From Octopus sinensis (taxonomy: Eukaryota), in assembly GCF_006345805.1 (NCBI RefSeq), contig NC_043023.1:16306001-16370000 (forward strand): 64,000 nt of DNA, read 5' to 3'. The notes beneath the pieces were generated by a model. The model saw only the letters and a program-made list of their open reading frames with translations, ran no database searches and was not told where the DNA came from. Below are positions 12,389 to 23,303 of the stretch, one piece after another. Position 1 is the first letter of the stretch; each line of letters begins with the position of its first letter. A program made the translations under genes and the position numbers.

Positions 12389-13394
12389 GTAGAGAAATGC
12401 CGAAGGATCGCCCTTATTTTGATGCAAAATTTGTAAACTTTTCTGTTGACAAATATTTTCTTTTCTCTCAGATGTACAGGCTCACACACACACACACACA
12501 GAGTCCTTTATCAAACCATCCAACCCATGCCAGCATGGAAAGTAGATGTTAAAAGATGATGATGATGTATAATGGTTTTTTGTTTTGACAAGTTGTGGTG
12601 CACCTGAGCACTGTATACAATAATTCCATTATTATTATTGTTGTTCTTGTTGTTGTTATTATTTTGCTGGAGTTTTTTTCCCTCGGTGAAAAGCTTAATA
12701 GGGGTGCGGGTGAAATTTCTGAGGTTTCCACCTCACCCCACCCCGATTTCGGGACTCGAAAAAGGATTTTATAGCATATTAGGAGATCATAGGAATTCAT
12801 AGAAAATGTTGTTCCGATTCAAACCGAAAAGATTCGTTTAATATTTCGAATTACATAATCTTTTACGGAGATACCCAAATCTTTTAAGAGCTTAGGGCCT
12901 CGACGGCCCTGCCCAACATTGGAATTTAAAAACACTTACCCGAGAACAAGTATTGCAGTAACGACGACGTAGCATCTGCTGTCGAAGACTAAAAAGGATG
13001 CAAAGTTCTCCACCAATAGAATTAAACACTGCAGCTTCGACGGTTGGGATGTGAGAGCGAGGGGGTACTATGTTCAAAAATAAACATCATTAGGTCTCGT
13101 ACGACACTCGTATACATACTTATTATACATACGGACCCATACAAGCCTATACATATATACAGAGGTGGGCACGGTTAATCTAAAAGTTAAATTGGCGATG
13201 TTTCGCTTCGCCGTTAACTTCGTTAATTCTTTGAAAATTCAACGAAGGTTACCGTTAAGGTTTATTGAACAAGAGGCATACCTACAGTTTAATACCCCAC
13301 CGACTTTGTTGCATCAAAACCGCCAGAAAAACAGATACTTTTTAACGAAACTTTTACCAAATAATCGCTTATGCCCTGTAGATTGAGCATATAC

Positions 13395-13875
13395 TCTCTT
13401 TACTCTTTTACTTGTTTCAATCATTTGACTGCGGCCATGCTGGAGCACCGCCTTTAATCAAGCAACTCGACCCCGGGACTTATTCTTTTGTAAGCCCAGT
13501 ACTTATTCTATCGGTGTCTTTTGCCGAACCGCTAGGTAACGGGGACAGAAACACACCAGCATCAGTTGTCAAGCGATGTTGGTGGTGGTGGTGGGGGGGG
13601 GGGGACAAACACAGACACACAAACATACATATATACGACGGGCTTCTTTCAGTTTCCGTCTACCAAATCCACTCACAAGGCTTTGGTCGGCCCGAGGCTA
13701 TAGCAGAAGACACTTGCCCAAGGTGCCACGCAGTGGGACTGAACCCTGAACCATGTGGTTGGTAAGCAAGCTACTTACCACACAGCCACTCCTGCACCTA
13801 TCTGAAGATTTTTTGAGAAAAAGAAATTCTTTCAATAATAAATCTCTGAACGAAATTTCTTTCGTTTTCAAAACA

Positions 13876-13940
<65 letters not shown>

Positions 13941-14105
13941 GGCGTAGGAGTGGCTGTGTGGTAAGTAGCTTGCTTACCAACCACATGGTTCCGGGTTCAG
14001 TCCCACTGCGTGGCACCTTGGGCAAGTGTCTTCTACTATAGCCTCAGGCCGACCAAAGCCTTGTGAGTGGATTTGGTAGACGGAAACTGATAGAAGCCCG
14101 TCGTG
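13395..14105. mobile_element. Head-to-head inverted SINE pair separated by ~(AAT)21
   Basis: Minus copy 13395-13797, plus copy from 13940. The paralog at 43645-44320 has a shorter (AAT)n. Confidence 0.85.
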
Positions 14106-14129
14106 TGTGTATATATATATATATAGGGG

Positions 14130-14400
14130 GAAGCTTTATGAAAATAAACAAAAGACGAAGGCAGGTGGAAAACAAACGAACAATTGTATTAGTATGGCGC
14201 TCAGGAAATATAAATAAAACAAGTCTTTAACGTTTCGAGCCTACGCTCTTCAACAGAAAGATACACAGAGAGAGAAAAACACAGAAAGAAGGAGAGAAAA
14301 AAAATGCGTGCAGTAGCTAACCAATCAACAAGGCGATCTGATTTCGGCCAGAGGTCAAAGATCAAACATGAGACGCGAGAGCGAAATAAGGGGAGATAAT
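14130..14400 (-). mobile_element. Penelope-like fragment with a minimal hammerhead-like motif (14225-14262)
   Basis: Minus strand reads TCTTT-CTGTTGA-AGAGcgtaggCTC-GAAA-CGTT-AAAGA. Paralog at 44463-44500; related copy with CTGACGA at 55974-56010. Confidence 0.55.
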
Positions 14401-14439
14401 AGGGTTGATAAACGGGTTGAGGGACCAGCTAAAAGTGCG

Positions 14440-15110
14440 TGGGAGGGGTCTGGATGTGTGTATGTATAGGGTTGGTGTATGTATTAGTATGTATAAGGGT
14501 GTGTGTGTGTGTGTGTATGAGAGAGTATTAGTGCGTAAGATTGGTCTGGACGTGCGTATGTATGGGGTTGGTGTATGTATTAGTATGTATTAGTATGTAT
14601 TAGTACGTATTGGTATGTATAGGTGTGTGTGTGTGTGTGTGAGAGAGTATAAGTGCGTATGCGGGGTCTGGACGTGTGTATGTATAGGGTTGGTGTAAGT
14701 ATTAGTATGTACTAGTATGTATTAGTACGTATTAGTATGTATTAGTTGGTGTGTGTATTAGTATGGCACATCATATGTGATGTGATGTGTAAAGTCATGT
14801 GGTGTAGTGAGGAGAGAGGGGAGGGGAGGGGGAGAAGAGGGGGAGGGGGAGAAGAGGGGGAGAGAAGGGGAGGGGAAGAAGAGGGGGAGGAGAAGGGGGA
14901 AGAGGAGACGATGGGGGAGAAGGAAGGTGAGGAGGGGGATGAAGGAGGAAAGAGGGAGAGAGAGAAGGGGAGAGAGGGAGGGAGAAAGAGGGAAGAAGGG
15001 AAGGGGAGTAGGGGTGAAAGGATGAAGGACTGAAGAAGTAGGGGTCGGGGGGAGAAAGGATAGGTGAGGAGGGGGGTTAGATGAGGAGGGGGGGAGAGTT
15101 GAGACCAAAT
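14440..15110. repeat. Low-complexity tract: (GT)n/TATG/TTAGTATG repeats then a polypurine G/A run
   Basis: Direct inspection. Paralog at 44690-45340. The E/G/R-rich and P/S/L-rich ORFs are artefacts. Confidence 0.9.
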
Positions 15111-15720
15111 GGCGTATAAGAGCGAAGAGAGAAGATTAATTCCTGTTCACGGCGCAAACGGGAATCCGGATGGCCTCTGTATATATATATATATATGTAT
15201 GTGCGTGTGTGTTTGTGTGTCTGTGTTTGTCCCCCTAGCATTGTGTGTTTATCTCCCCGTTACTTAGCGGTTCGGCAAAAAAACCCCGATAGAATAAGTA
15301 CTGGGCTTACAAAGAATAAGTCCCGGGGTCGAGTTGCTCGATTAAAGGCGGTGCTCCAGCATGGCCGCAGTCAAATGACTGAAACAAGTACAGAGTAATA
15401 ATAATAATAAATTGGCATTCCATCACTATAACTCGACAAAATTTGACATTTGATTTCGGGTATTTCCGTGATAATTGCTGAAATGGGAGGACGAGAAGAA
15501 GGCTAATTGGGTTGTGTGTGCGTGCTTGTTCTCGTTTGTGTGTGTGCGTGTCTGTTCTGCTTTTATGTATACATAATTATATATAAAGATATAAGCATCT
15601 ACTGTTAGCCATTATCGTGGCAAACGATACTTAATCAAATACCAGTATTAAATGTTTGAACTACTGTGGGTCTTTACTAGGGTTTTTCTTTTATAAGCGA
15701 GACTTAAACATGTACATTAA

Positions 15721-16235
15721 TCTATATATATAAAACTGTAGTTGTGTGAGTGTCTGTCCCCTTCGATTTAGATTCCTAACTACTCCCACATTTTGCGGTG
15801 CAGTTTAACCAAATTCGGCTATCTTATAGTCGTGATTAATATCGAGCCCGTCTGAGTATTAGCGCGCGTCTACGATGAGTCTACGATTTTAAAAATAATT
15901 TAACATCATTTTTTATTCCATTTTAATGCATATTTTTTCGTGTGTCGATGGCGGCGGAGTTGGCGTCCATGGTCACACCTGCACCTGTGTTTGCTTCTCC
16001 CCCTTCTTCCCTCCCTCGTGAAGCTGTGGGGAAGGGAGTGTAAGGAAATCAACGTCGTAAAGCGTTGTCAAGGAGACCAGCGTTCTTTTAGAACAACGAC
16101 TTCATGGCTTGAAAACACCAAAACAGAAATGGCTAAGAAAGCCCGAATTGGCATCTATAAGGGAAGTAACTCTCTAAAAATGCTTATATAGTTATTTCCC
16201 TTACAAACCCGAGCAACGCCGGGCGATACTGCTAG
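15721..16235 (+). mobile_element. Non-autonomous Helitron flanked by a 143-bp direct duplication
   Basis: 5' A|TCTATATATATAAA; 3' CCCGAGCAACGCCGGG..CTAG|T. 15578-15720 is repeated at 16238-16380. Paralog at 45954-46468. Confidence 0.85.
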
Positions 16236-16975
16236 TATATATATAAAGATATAAGCATCTACTGTTAGCCATTATCGTGGCAAACGATACTTAATCAAAT
16301 ACCAGTATTAAATGTTTGAACTACTGTGGGTCTTTTCTAGGGTTTTTCTTTTATAAGCGAGACTTAAACATGTACATTAATCTCTAATAAACCATTTTAT
16401 ACATTACACGCCCATAAAATGCCTCGTAGATCTTATTCAGCTATGTTTAAACTTTGCTGAAGAGCATGGTAGAAAATTTGATGTGGACGAAAACAATGTT
16501 CAGGTTAGGGAGAAGAAATAAAGCTGAAATGAAACAGATGCCAAAGATAAAGAAGGCAAGAAGGGGGGGGAAAAGCCAAACATCCTGAACTTGAAAAAGA
16601 TTTGCGGATCTTTTCTTTTTGAACGGCATTTGCACATAATTTCTAGGTAACTAAAAAGTTTTAAACTTCGTATACTGAAAAAACTGCTGTTCAAACCGAA
16701 AAGATCCCGATTGCCTATTTATGACAAAACATTTGACAATAAAACTTTGTAAGAGTTTTGTTTAATGTTCATATCTAGACCCGGAACTGAAAATCCAAAA
16801 AATAGAAAAAATATTCGAATAGGTGTAAAACAATGTGTAGGCAACGAACAGGGGGGAAAATGCGCGTAAAGCAACAGGAGGGTGGGGTGAGGACTTGGAA
16901 AAAATCACAAGATCCGAGTTTTTCTCTAAGCTTTTAGGAAATTGGGTTTTTTCAATGAAATTTTATAGAAATACC

Positions 16976-18150
16976 GGATCTTTTCGCTTTGACCGGCAGT
17001 TTTTTAAAATAATTTCCACGTAACTGAACACTTTTAAACTTCGTATACTGGTAGAATGTGTTTATAAAACATCTTTTTCTCTTGGCTTTATTGAGAAAAT
17101 TCTATAGTTTGTAAGATATTTGGGATTTTTTCGGTTTGACCGGCAGTTTTTTAAAATAATTTCCATGTAACTAAACACTTTTAAACTTCGTAAACTGGTA
17201 GAATATGTTTATAAAACATCTTTTTCTCTTGGCTTTATTGAGAAAATTCTATAGTTTGTAAGATATTTGGGATTTTTTCGGTTTGACCGGCAGTTTTTTA
17301 AAATAATTTCCACGTAACTAAACACTTTTAAACTTCGTATACTGGTAGAATGTGTTTATAAAACATCTTTTTCTCTTGGCTTTATTGAAAAAATTCTATA
17401 GTTTGTAAGATATTTGGGATCTTTTCCGTTTGACCGGCAGTTTTTTAAAATAATTTCCACGTAACTAAACACTTTTAAACTTCGTATACTGGTAGAATGT
17501 GTTTATAAAACATCTTTTTCTCTTGGCTTTATTGAGAAAATCCTATAGTTTGTAAGATATTTGGGATCTTTTCCGTTTGACCGGCAGTTTTTTAAAATAA
17601 TTTCCACGTAACTAAACACTTTTAAACTTCGTATACTGGTAGAATGTGTTTATAAAACATCTTTTTCTCTTGGCTTTATTGAAAAAATTCTATAGTTTGT
17701 AAGATATTTGGGATCTTTTCGCTTTGAACGGCAGTTTTTTAAAAATAATTTCCAAGTAACTAAACACTTTTAAACTTCGTATACTGGTAGAATGTGTTTA
17801 TAAAACATCTTTTTCTCTTGGTTTTATTGAGAAAATTCTATAGTTTGTAAGATATTTGGGATCTTTTCCGTTTGACCGGCAGTTTTTTAAAATAATTTCC
17901 ACCTAACTAAACACTTTTTAAACTTCCTATACTGGTAGAATGTGTTTATAAAACATCTTTTTCTCTTGGCTTTATTGAGAAAATTCTATAGTTTGTAAGA
18001 TATTTGGGATCTTTTCCGTTTGACCGGCAGTTTTTTAAAATAATTTCCACGTAACTAAACACTTTTAAACTTCGTATACTGGTAGAATGTGTTTATAAAA
18101 CATCTTTTTCTCTTGGCTTTATTGAGAAAATTCTATAGTTTGTAAGATAT
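16976..18150. repeat. 147-bp tandem array, 8 units, within a foldback-type element
   Basis: GTAAGATATTT recurs at 17111, 17258, 17405, 17552, 17699, 17846, 17995 and 18142. Confidence 0.92.
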
Positions 18151-18664
18151 TTGTTGTTTTTTCCTTCAATTTCTGCAATTTCAACCAATCAATGACGTTT
18201 CTTGAGGTGAAAACATTCTCTGCCGTATGAATATGCCCCTCGTTTAAGAAACAGATTGGGTTTATTAACATTTCTGAAGAAATAAGATACCTTCCCCGCA
18301 CCCCTAACCCTAACCCTAGAGCAGATTGAAATGCAATAGATCGATACTAGGGTCATAATTATGGGTGACATTTTGATATCACACTGCTAGAAAAAAATCC
18401 CATTTTCTGTAGCGGTTTCTTCATTAAAAGAAGAATTTCCTGAAGGCCATGAACAATATTGATACAGTCACTCTTCTCTATGATGAGAAATATATCTGTA
18501 GTTAATTGTCTTTTTTCAGAGAAGGATATACCACAGAATCAGTTACATGGTTTCTCTTCCATATCAATGTGTGTCTGTGTTTATCTAAGAGATTTATTTG
18601 AGAGAACCATTCACCACAGATATCACAATGACATGGTTTCTCTAATTTCCACGTAACTAAACAG

Positions 18665-19340
18665 CCAGGGATACAGGCATCCAGCAACAGGACCTCCGTA
18701 ATGCTATGATGGATCGTGAAGTCTGGCGTAGCATGGTAAATTCCATTGTCTCTACCACGGTCGCGATACCAGAGGGCGCACCCTCTCCTACCCTAACGTA
18801 ATCTCCAGGGATACAGGCATCCAGCAACACGACCTCCGTAATGCTATGATGGACCGTGAAGTCTGGCGTAGCATAGTAAATTCTATTGTCTCAACCACGG
18901 TTGTGATACCAGAGGGCACACACTCTCCTACCCTAATGTAATCTCCAGGGATACAGGCATCCAGCAACAGGACCTCCGTAATGCTATGATGGACCGTGAA
19001 GTCTGGCGTAGCATAGTAAATTCTATTGTCTCAACCACGGTTGTGATACCAGAGGGCACACACTCTCCTACCCTAATGTAATCTCCAGGGATACAGGCAT
19101 CCAGCAACAGGACCTCCGTAATGCTATGATGGACCGTGAAGTCTGGCGTAGCATAGTAAATTCCATTGTCTCGAACACGGTCACGATACCAGAGGGCGCA
19201 CACTCTCCTACCCTGATGTAATCTCCAGGGATACAGGCATCCAGCAACAGGACTTCCGTAATGCTATGATGGACCGTGAAGTCTGGCGTAGCATGGTAAA
19301 TTCCATTGTCTTGACCACGGTCAAACAATGATGATGATGA
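18665..19340 (+). mobile_element. Five tandem copies of the terminal 140 bp of an RTE-clade LINE
   Basis: CCAGGGATACAGG recurs at 18665, 18805, 18945, 19085 and 19225. The unit translates DTRGRTLSYPDVISRDTGIQQQDLRNAMMDREVWRSMVNSIVSTTV (RTE C-terminal RGR..DR..WR pattern). Only the last copy has an (ATG)n tail. Paralog at 48605-49280. Confidence 0.85.
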
Positions 19341-19391
19341 TATCTAATTCTCTCCCAATTTTACCATTTGTCTGTCGTAGTTCACTGTGGT

Positions 19392-19772
19392 GGAAGCACT
19401 CCATCGGTTACGACGTCGAGGGTTCCGGTTGATCCAATCAACGGAACAGCCTGCTTGTGAAATTAACGTGTAAGTGGCTGAGCACTCCACAGACACGTGC
19501 ACCCTTAAGGTAGTTCTCGGGGATATTCAGCGTGACACAGAGAGTGACAAGGCCGGCCCTTTGAAATACAGGTGCAACAGAAACAGGAAGTAAGAGTGAG
19601 AGAAAGTTGTGGTGAAAGAATACAGCAGGGATCACCACCATCCCTGCCGGAACCTCGTGGAGCTTTTAGGTGTTTTCGCTCAATAAACACTCACAACGCC
19701 CGGTCTGGGAATCGAAACTGCGATCCTACGACCGTGAGTCCGCTGCCCTAACCACTGGGTCATTGCACCTCC
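19392..19772 (-). mobile_element. tRNA-derived SINE, third family
   Basis: Minus-strand head GGAGGTGCAATGACCCAGTGGTTAG (A box) ... GTTTCGATTCCC (B box). Paralog at ~49332-49712. Confidence 0.8.
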
Positions 19773-20898
19773 ACAGTTCGCTGTGAACCTGAAAGGAAAG
19801 ATTTTGCACCTTTTATGGCATTCACAACCATCCAATAACACAAAAAAACGTTGGACACTTGACAATAATTTATAATTTTAAGCAAGAAATAATCAGCGTT
19901 TCAGATATAAAAATAAATAAACAATTATACAGAAAAGGAAATAAAATCGCAAAAGGTCCTTGACTTGCTTAAAGAAAACAACTTCCAGGCCAGATTCCCG
20001 AAGCAGTAGGAATTGTGGGGCCAGTGTACAAATCCTAAACCAAAAGAAACACAAACAGGAGGTGCAGCAAGTACCCTTATAGGGATCACCGAACGCATTC
20101 TGTAAGGCGAGGCGCCAACAATGGTAAGAACTTCACTGTGGCAAATGTCACAGGTGGAAGAAATGGGTCACACTTCATTTCCTATGCTTAAGGATTTTGT
20201 TCTCGTTGGCTACGGAAGCAGTGACCCTTTGATTATAATTGAAGATATTTATGCTAAAGCAATGGGTATACATATGCAAATGTACCCCACCGACTTTGTT
20301 TCTTCATAACTTCTGGAAAAATGGGTATTTTTAAATGAAAATTTTGAGAAATACCTTTAAGAAAGTGTAGATTGCAATTATATTGGAATAGCACACGTTG
20401 GTGGGACACCACACACACACATCACACATCATCTCATTCTTTTGCATTCTAAGATTCAGTCAAAATTTTCAAATTTGGAATATTCATGTAATTTTCCATG
20501 CTGAATCTGCTACCGCTCACTTTTTCTGGACATAATTTTTTAAAAAGTGGACCTTTTCTGTTTGTGTTTTTCCCTTCAGCTCCTTCGGTTTCAAATTTAT
20601 TGATTTCAAGTTTAGTGTATTGATGTAGTTTTGTCTGTTAATTATATAAATGAAATTAGTTGTTGTCCTAAATTGATAAATATACAGTTAATAGCTTTTA
20701 AGATTTTTAAATTCCCAGTAAAAGACGGAGCAGAGTTTTGGAAAAAATATTGCTAAAATATGGATATAATTTATTTAAAAAACCAACGATGCCAATGCAG
20801 TCAGTGAAAGTCTTAATCTGATAAATAGAATTATTTTTTTCTTTTAGAGGATAAATATAGATAAAAAAACACAAATTGTAGCGTTCTTATACAAATGT

Positions 20899-21032
20899 TT
20901 ATTTCTTAAAATATTTGCAGCAGAAGAAAGAGTGTCCGACAAGGATTATAGCAAGGCTGAGTATGCCAAGAATGATTCCGACAATCTCGAGTGTTCTGAG
21001 GGGTCTTGATCCATTAGGTTCAGGTTACGGAT
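20899..21032 (-). pseudogene. Gene A terminal exon: (N)P-stop followed by a vestigial stalk/transmembrane/cytoplasmic reading frame
   Basis: Acceptor ttgtcaactgcag|AT CCG TAA CCT GAA.. continues in frame as PEPNGSRPLRTLEIVGIILGILSLAIILVGHSFFCCKYFKK*. AATAAA overlaps the final stop. Confidence 0.75.
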
Positions 21033-23268
21033 CTGCAGTTGACAAACAATAAAATATATACCTTTTGTTTTTAACAAAAAATAGTAATATCTCCCAAGTT
21101 TGACCATTTTCATACTAAACTATTAAAAAATACTTTCGTTTCTGTTATACAAATTCCATTTCAAAGTGATCTAAAGGAAAAGTCCCCATCAAAATTTCCA
21201 GTAACACTATGTTGCACACATAAGCTTGGTTATATAAAGCCTTGTGAGTGGATTTGGTAGACGGATACTGAAGGAAGCCCGTTGTATATATGTATATATA
21301 ATGTATATATATATGTGTGTTTGTGTGTCTGTTTGTCCCCCTAGCATTGCTTGACAACTGATGCTGGGGTGTCTATGTCCCCATCACTTAGCAGTTCAGC
21401 AAGAGAACCGATAGAATAAGTACTAGGCTTACAAAGAATAAATCCTGGGATCGATTTGATCGACAAAAGGCGGTGCTCCAGCATGGCCACAGTCAAATGA
21501 CTGAAACAAGTAAAAAGAGAAAGAGAAAGAGAATATAACCCGCCCCCCCCACACACACCTTGGTATTGACCCCCTCATCCTTTGCCCTTGTGGCAAATAA
21601 AAGAAACCCTTATTATATACAACTATCAGCTGAGTCCATTGTGAAGATGGCCCCTCTACTTTCCCTCAACCAGGAAGGGCAACCAGTTTTTATCTGCTCG
21701 GGGCCCATGGCAAAGGGGATCATACAGTGGACATGTCTGAAAGGGCTGAAGACCAGCAACTGCCATTTTGTCAAAACCCTAATAAACTTTTTCAGGTTTC
21801 ACTTGAAGAGGAAAATCAGGGTGGAGAGGTAAGTACTGGCTTCCAAGCAGTTTGTTGAAAGGTGAGTGAGAGAGGTGAGCATTACCTGAGTGAATGGGCC
21901 TTCTCTTTCAGAGTGTACCTGTATATTGGAGAGGAAAGACTGGGAGAGAGTATCCACCCTGGTGGTCAGGGAGACCTTGGATTTTGTGGGCTTTCTTTAC
22001 GTGTGGCCCTTGAAAGTCCCCCCACTATCAGGGATCTTACTTTGACTTTCTTTTATTCTTTGTATGACTTTTTACATGCTAAAACCCACACTGGACCCTC
22101 CCGAATGTTTTGCTTTGTGTTAGCCCTCTGTGGTTAATAAAGAAATTATTATAAATCATTTCCTTACTCTTTATCTTCAAATCAATTCTTCCAACTTTAA
22201 GGTTGTCGTCTTCAAATCTCCAAGTCAAACATTCCTTAGTTACGTTTTTGATCCAAAGCTTGGAGATACTTGCTATCTGTGTCACTTTATAGTCAGGGCC
22301 ATCAGCGCATGTCCTGTCACATTCATATCTATTATCCTGGCAAATCCAAGCCACCGGTCGTTTCATGTTTGGTACATATATCTCAAGGTTGAGATCTCTA
22401 TAGAGCTCAGCAGTTCCTGAAATAAAGAAATCAAGTTTGCTTCCAAATCATATGGTCCTGGGTTCAGTCCCACTACACAGCACCTTGGGAAAGTGTCTTC
22501 TACTACAGCATCAGCCTTGTGAGTGGATTTTCAAGATGGAAATTGAAAGAAGCCCATTCTATGTATAATTGTGTGTATGTGTGTGTATATATATATATAC
22601 ATACACACTTGTGTCTTTCAAAGCCTTGTGAGTGTATTTGATAGATGGAAACTGAAAGAAGCCCATTGTTTATATATATGTAAATAGAAAATTATTATTT
22701 CTAAGTCTCTGAATGAGAAACATTCAGTAACATTACTCGAGAGTAAAGATTATTTGCCAACATAATATGGCAGTCCTAGTTAGGGTGATTGTTACTGCTA
22801 TTTAGCCCTAGGAAACACTGCCTCCAGCTGCGTATATGACACATTATCTATGTCCTATGGGATGCTAAACTCCCTTGTTTGAAAATATAAGGATGCAGCT
22901 AGTGCGTCATATAGCCAGCTGGAGGCGATGTTTCCTAGGGCTAAGGAACAGTAACAATCGTCCTAACCAGGACTGCAATATTATGTTGGCAAATAATCTC
23001 TACCCTAGAGTACTGTTACTCAATGTCTTTTGTTCAGAGATTTAGAAATAATTTTCTATTTGTTAGATCAGAGACTTTGTGTCACTTTGGAAAGTATATA
23101 TTTTGGACAAGAGTTTAGTGGAGTCATCTCTAGCCGAGCAGTTATTCGGTGCTGATGAAGGGAAATAACCCAGAGACCATTGGTATGCAGATAGTGTGCT
23201 GTATAACCAGCTGGAGATGATGTTTCCTGAGACAACTGCCACATTATGTTGGCAAATAATCTTTACTT

Positions 23269-23303
<35 letters not shown>

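Larger units (their letters stand above)
12655..22620 (+). repeat. Segmental duplication, copy A (paralog at ~42905-52720, offset ~30.2 kb)
   Basis: Collinear, near-identical order of SINEs, Helitron, 147-bp array, RTE array, terminal exon and Ig exon. Differences are mostly microsatellite/VNTR lengths and a ~250-bp indel (49968-50215 absent from A). Confidence 0.95.

Noticed and set aside
14746-15108. Glu/Gly/Arg-rich and Pro/Ser/Leu-rich ORFs (also at 45003-45341)
   Set aside because: Low-complexity polypurine tract, with frame-changing indels between the paralogs.
18301-18318. Telomere-like CCCTAA repeats (also ~2838, ~42640, ~48241)
   Set aside because: Only 2-3 units at fixed positions within a repeat family; not evidence of a telomere or fusion site.
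19700-19772. tRNA gene candidates at SINE heads
   Set aside because: A and B boxes are present, but each continues into a SINE body and lacks an intact cloverleaf acceptor stem.
19920-20320. Possible plus-strand exon (QIPEAVGIVGPVYCCE|gtgagt in copy B) and the MVRTSLW ORF
   Set aside because: The donor is deleted in copy A, there is no supporting exon chain and I recognise no homology.
21796-21828. Plus-strand 33-nt exon-like segment (ttttcag|VSLEEENQGGE|gtaagt) in each cassette
   Set aside because: No partner exons found on the plus strand, and the acceptor is altered in the gene B copy. RNA-seq could overturn this.
21560-21832. 90-aa ORF MVLTPSSFALV.. conserved in four copies
   Set aside because: Conservation reflects recent duplication. 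It starts at a TTG, lies antisense within an intron and has no recognisable domain.
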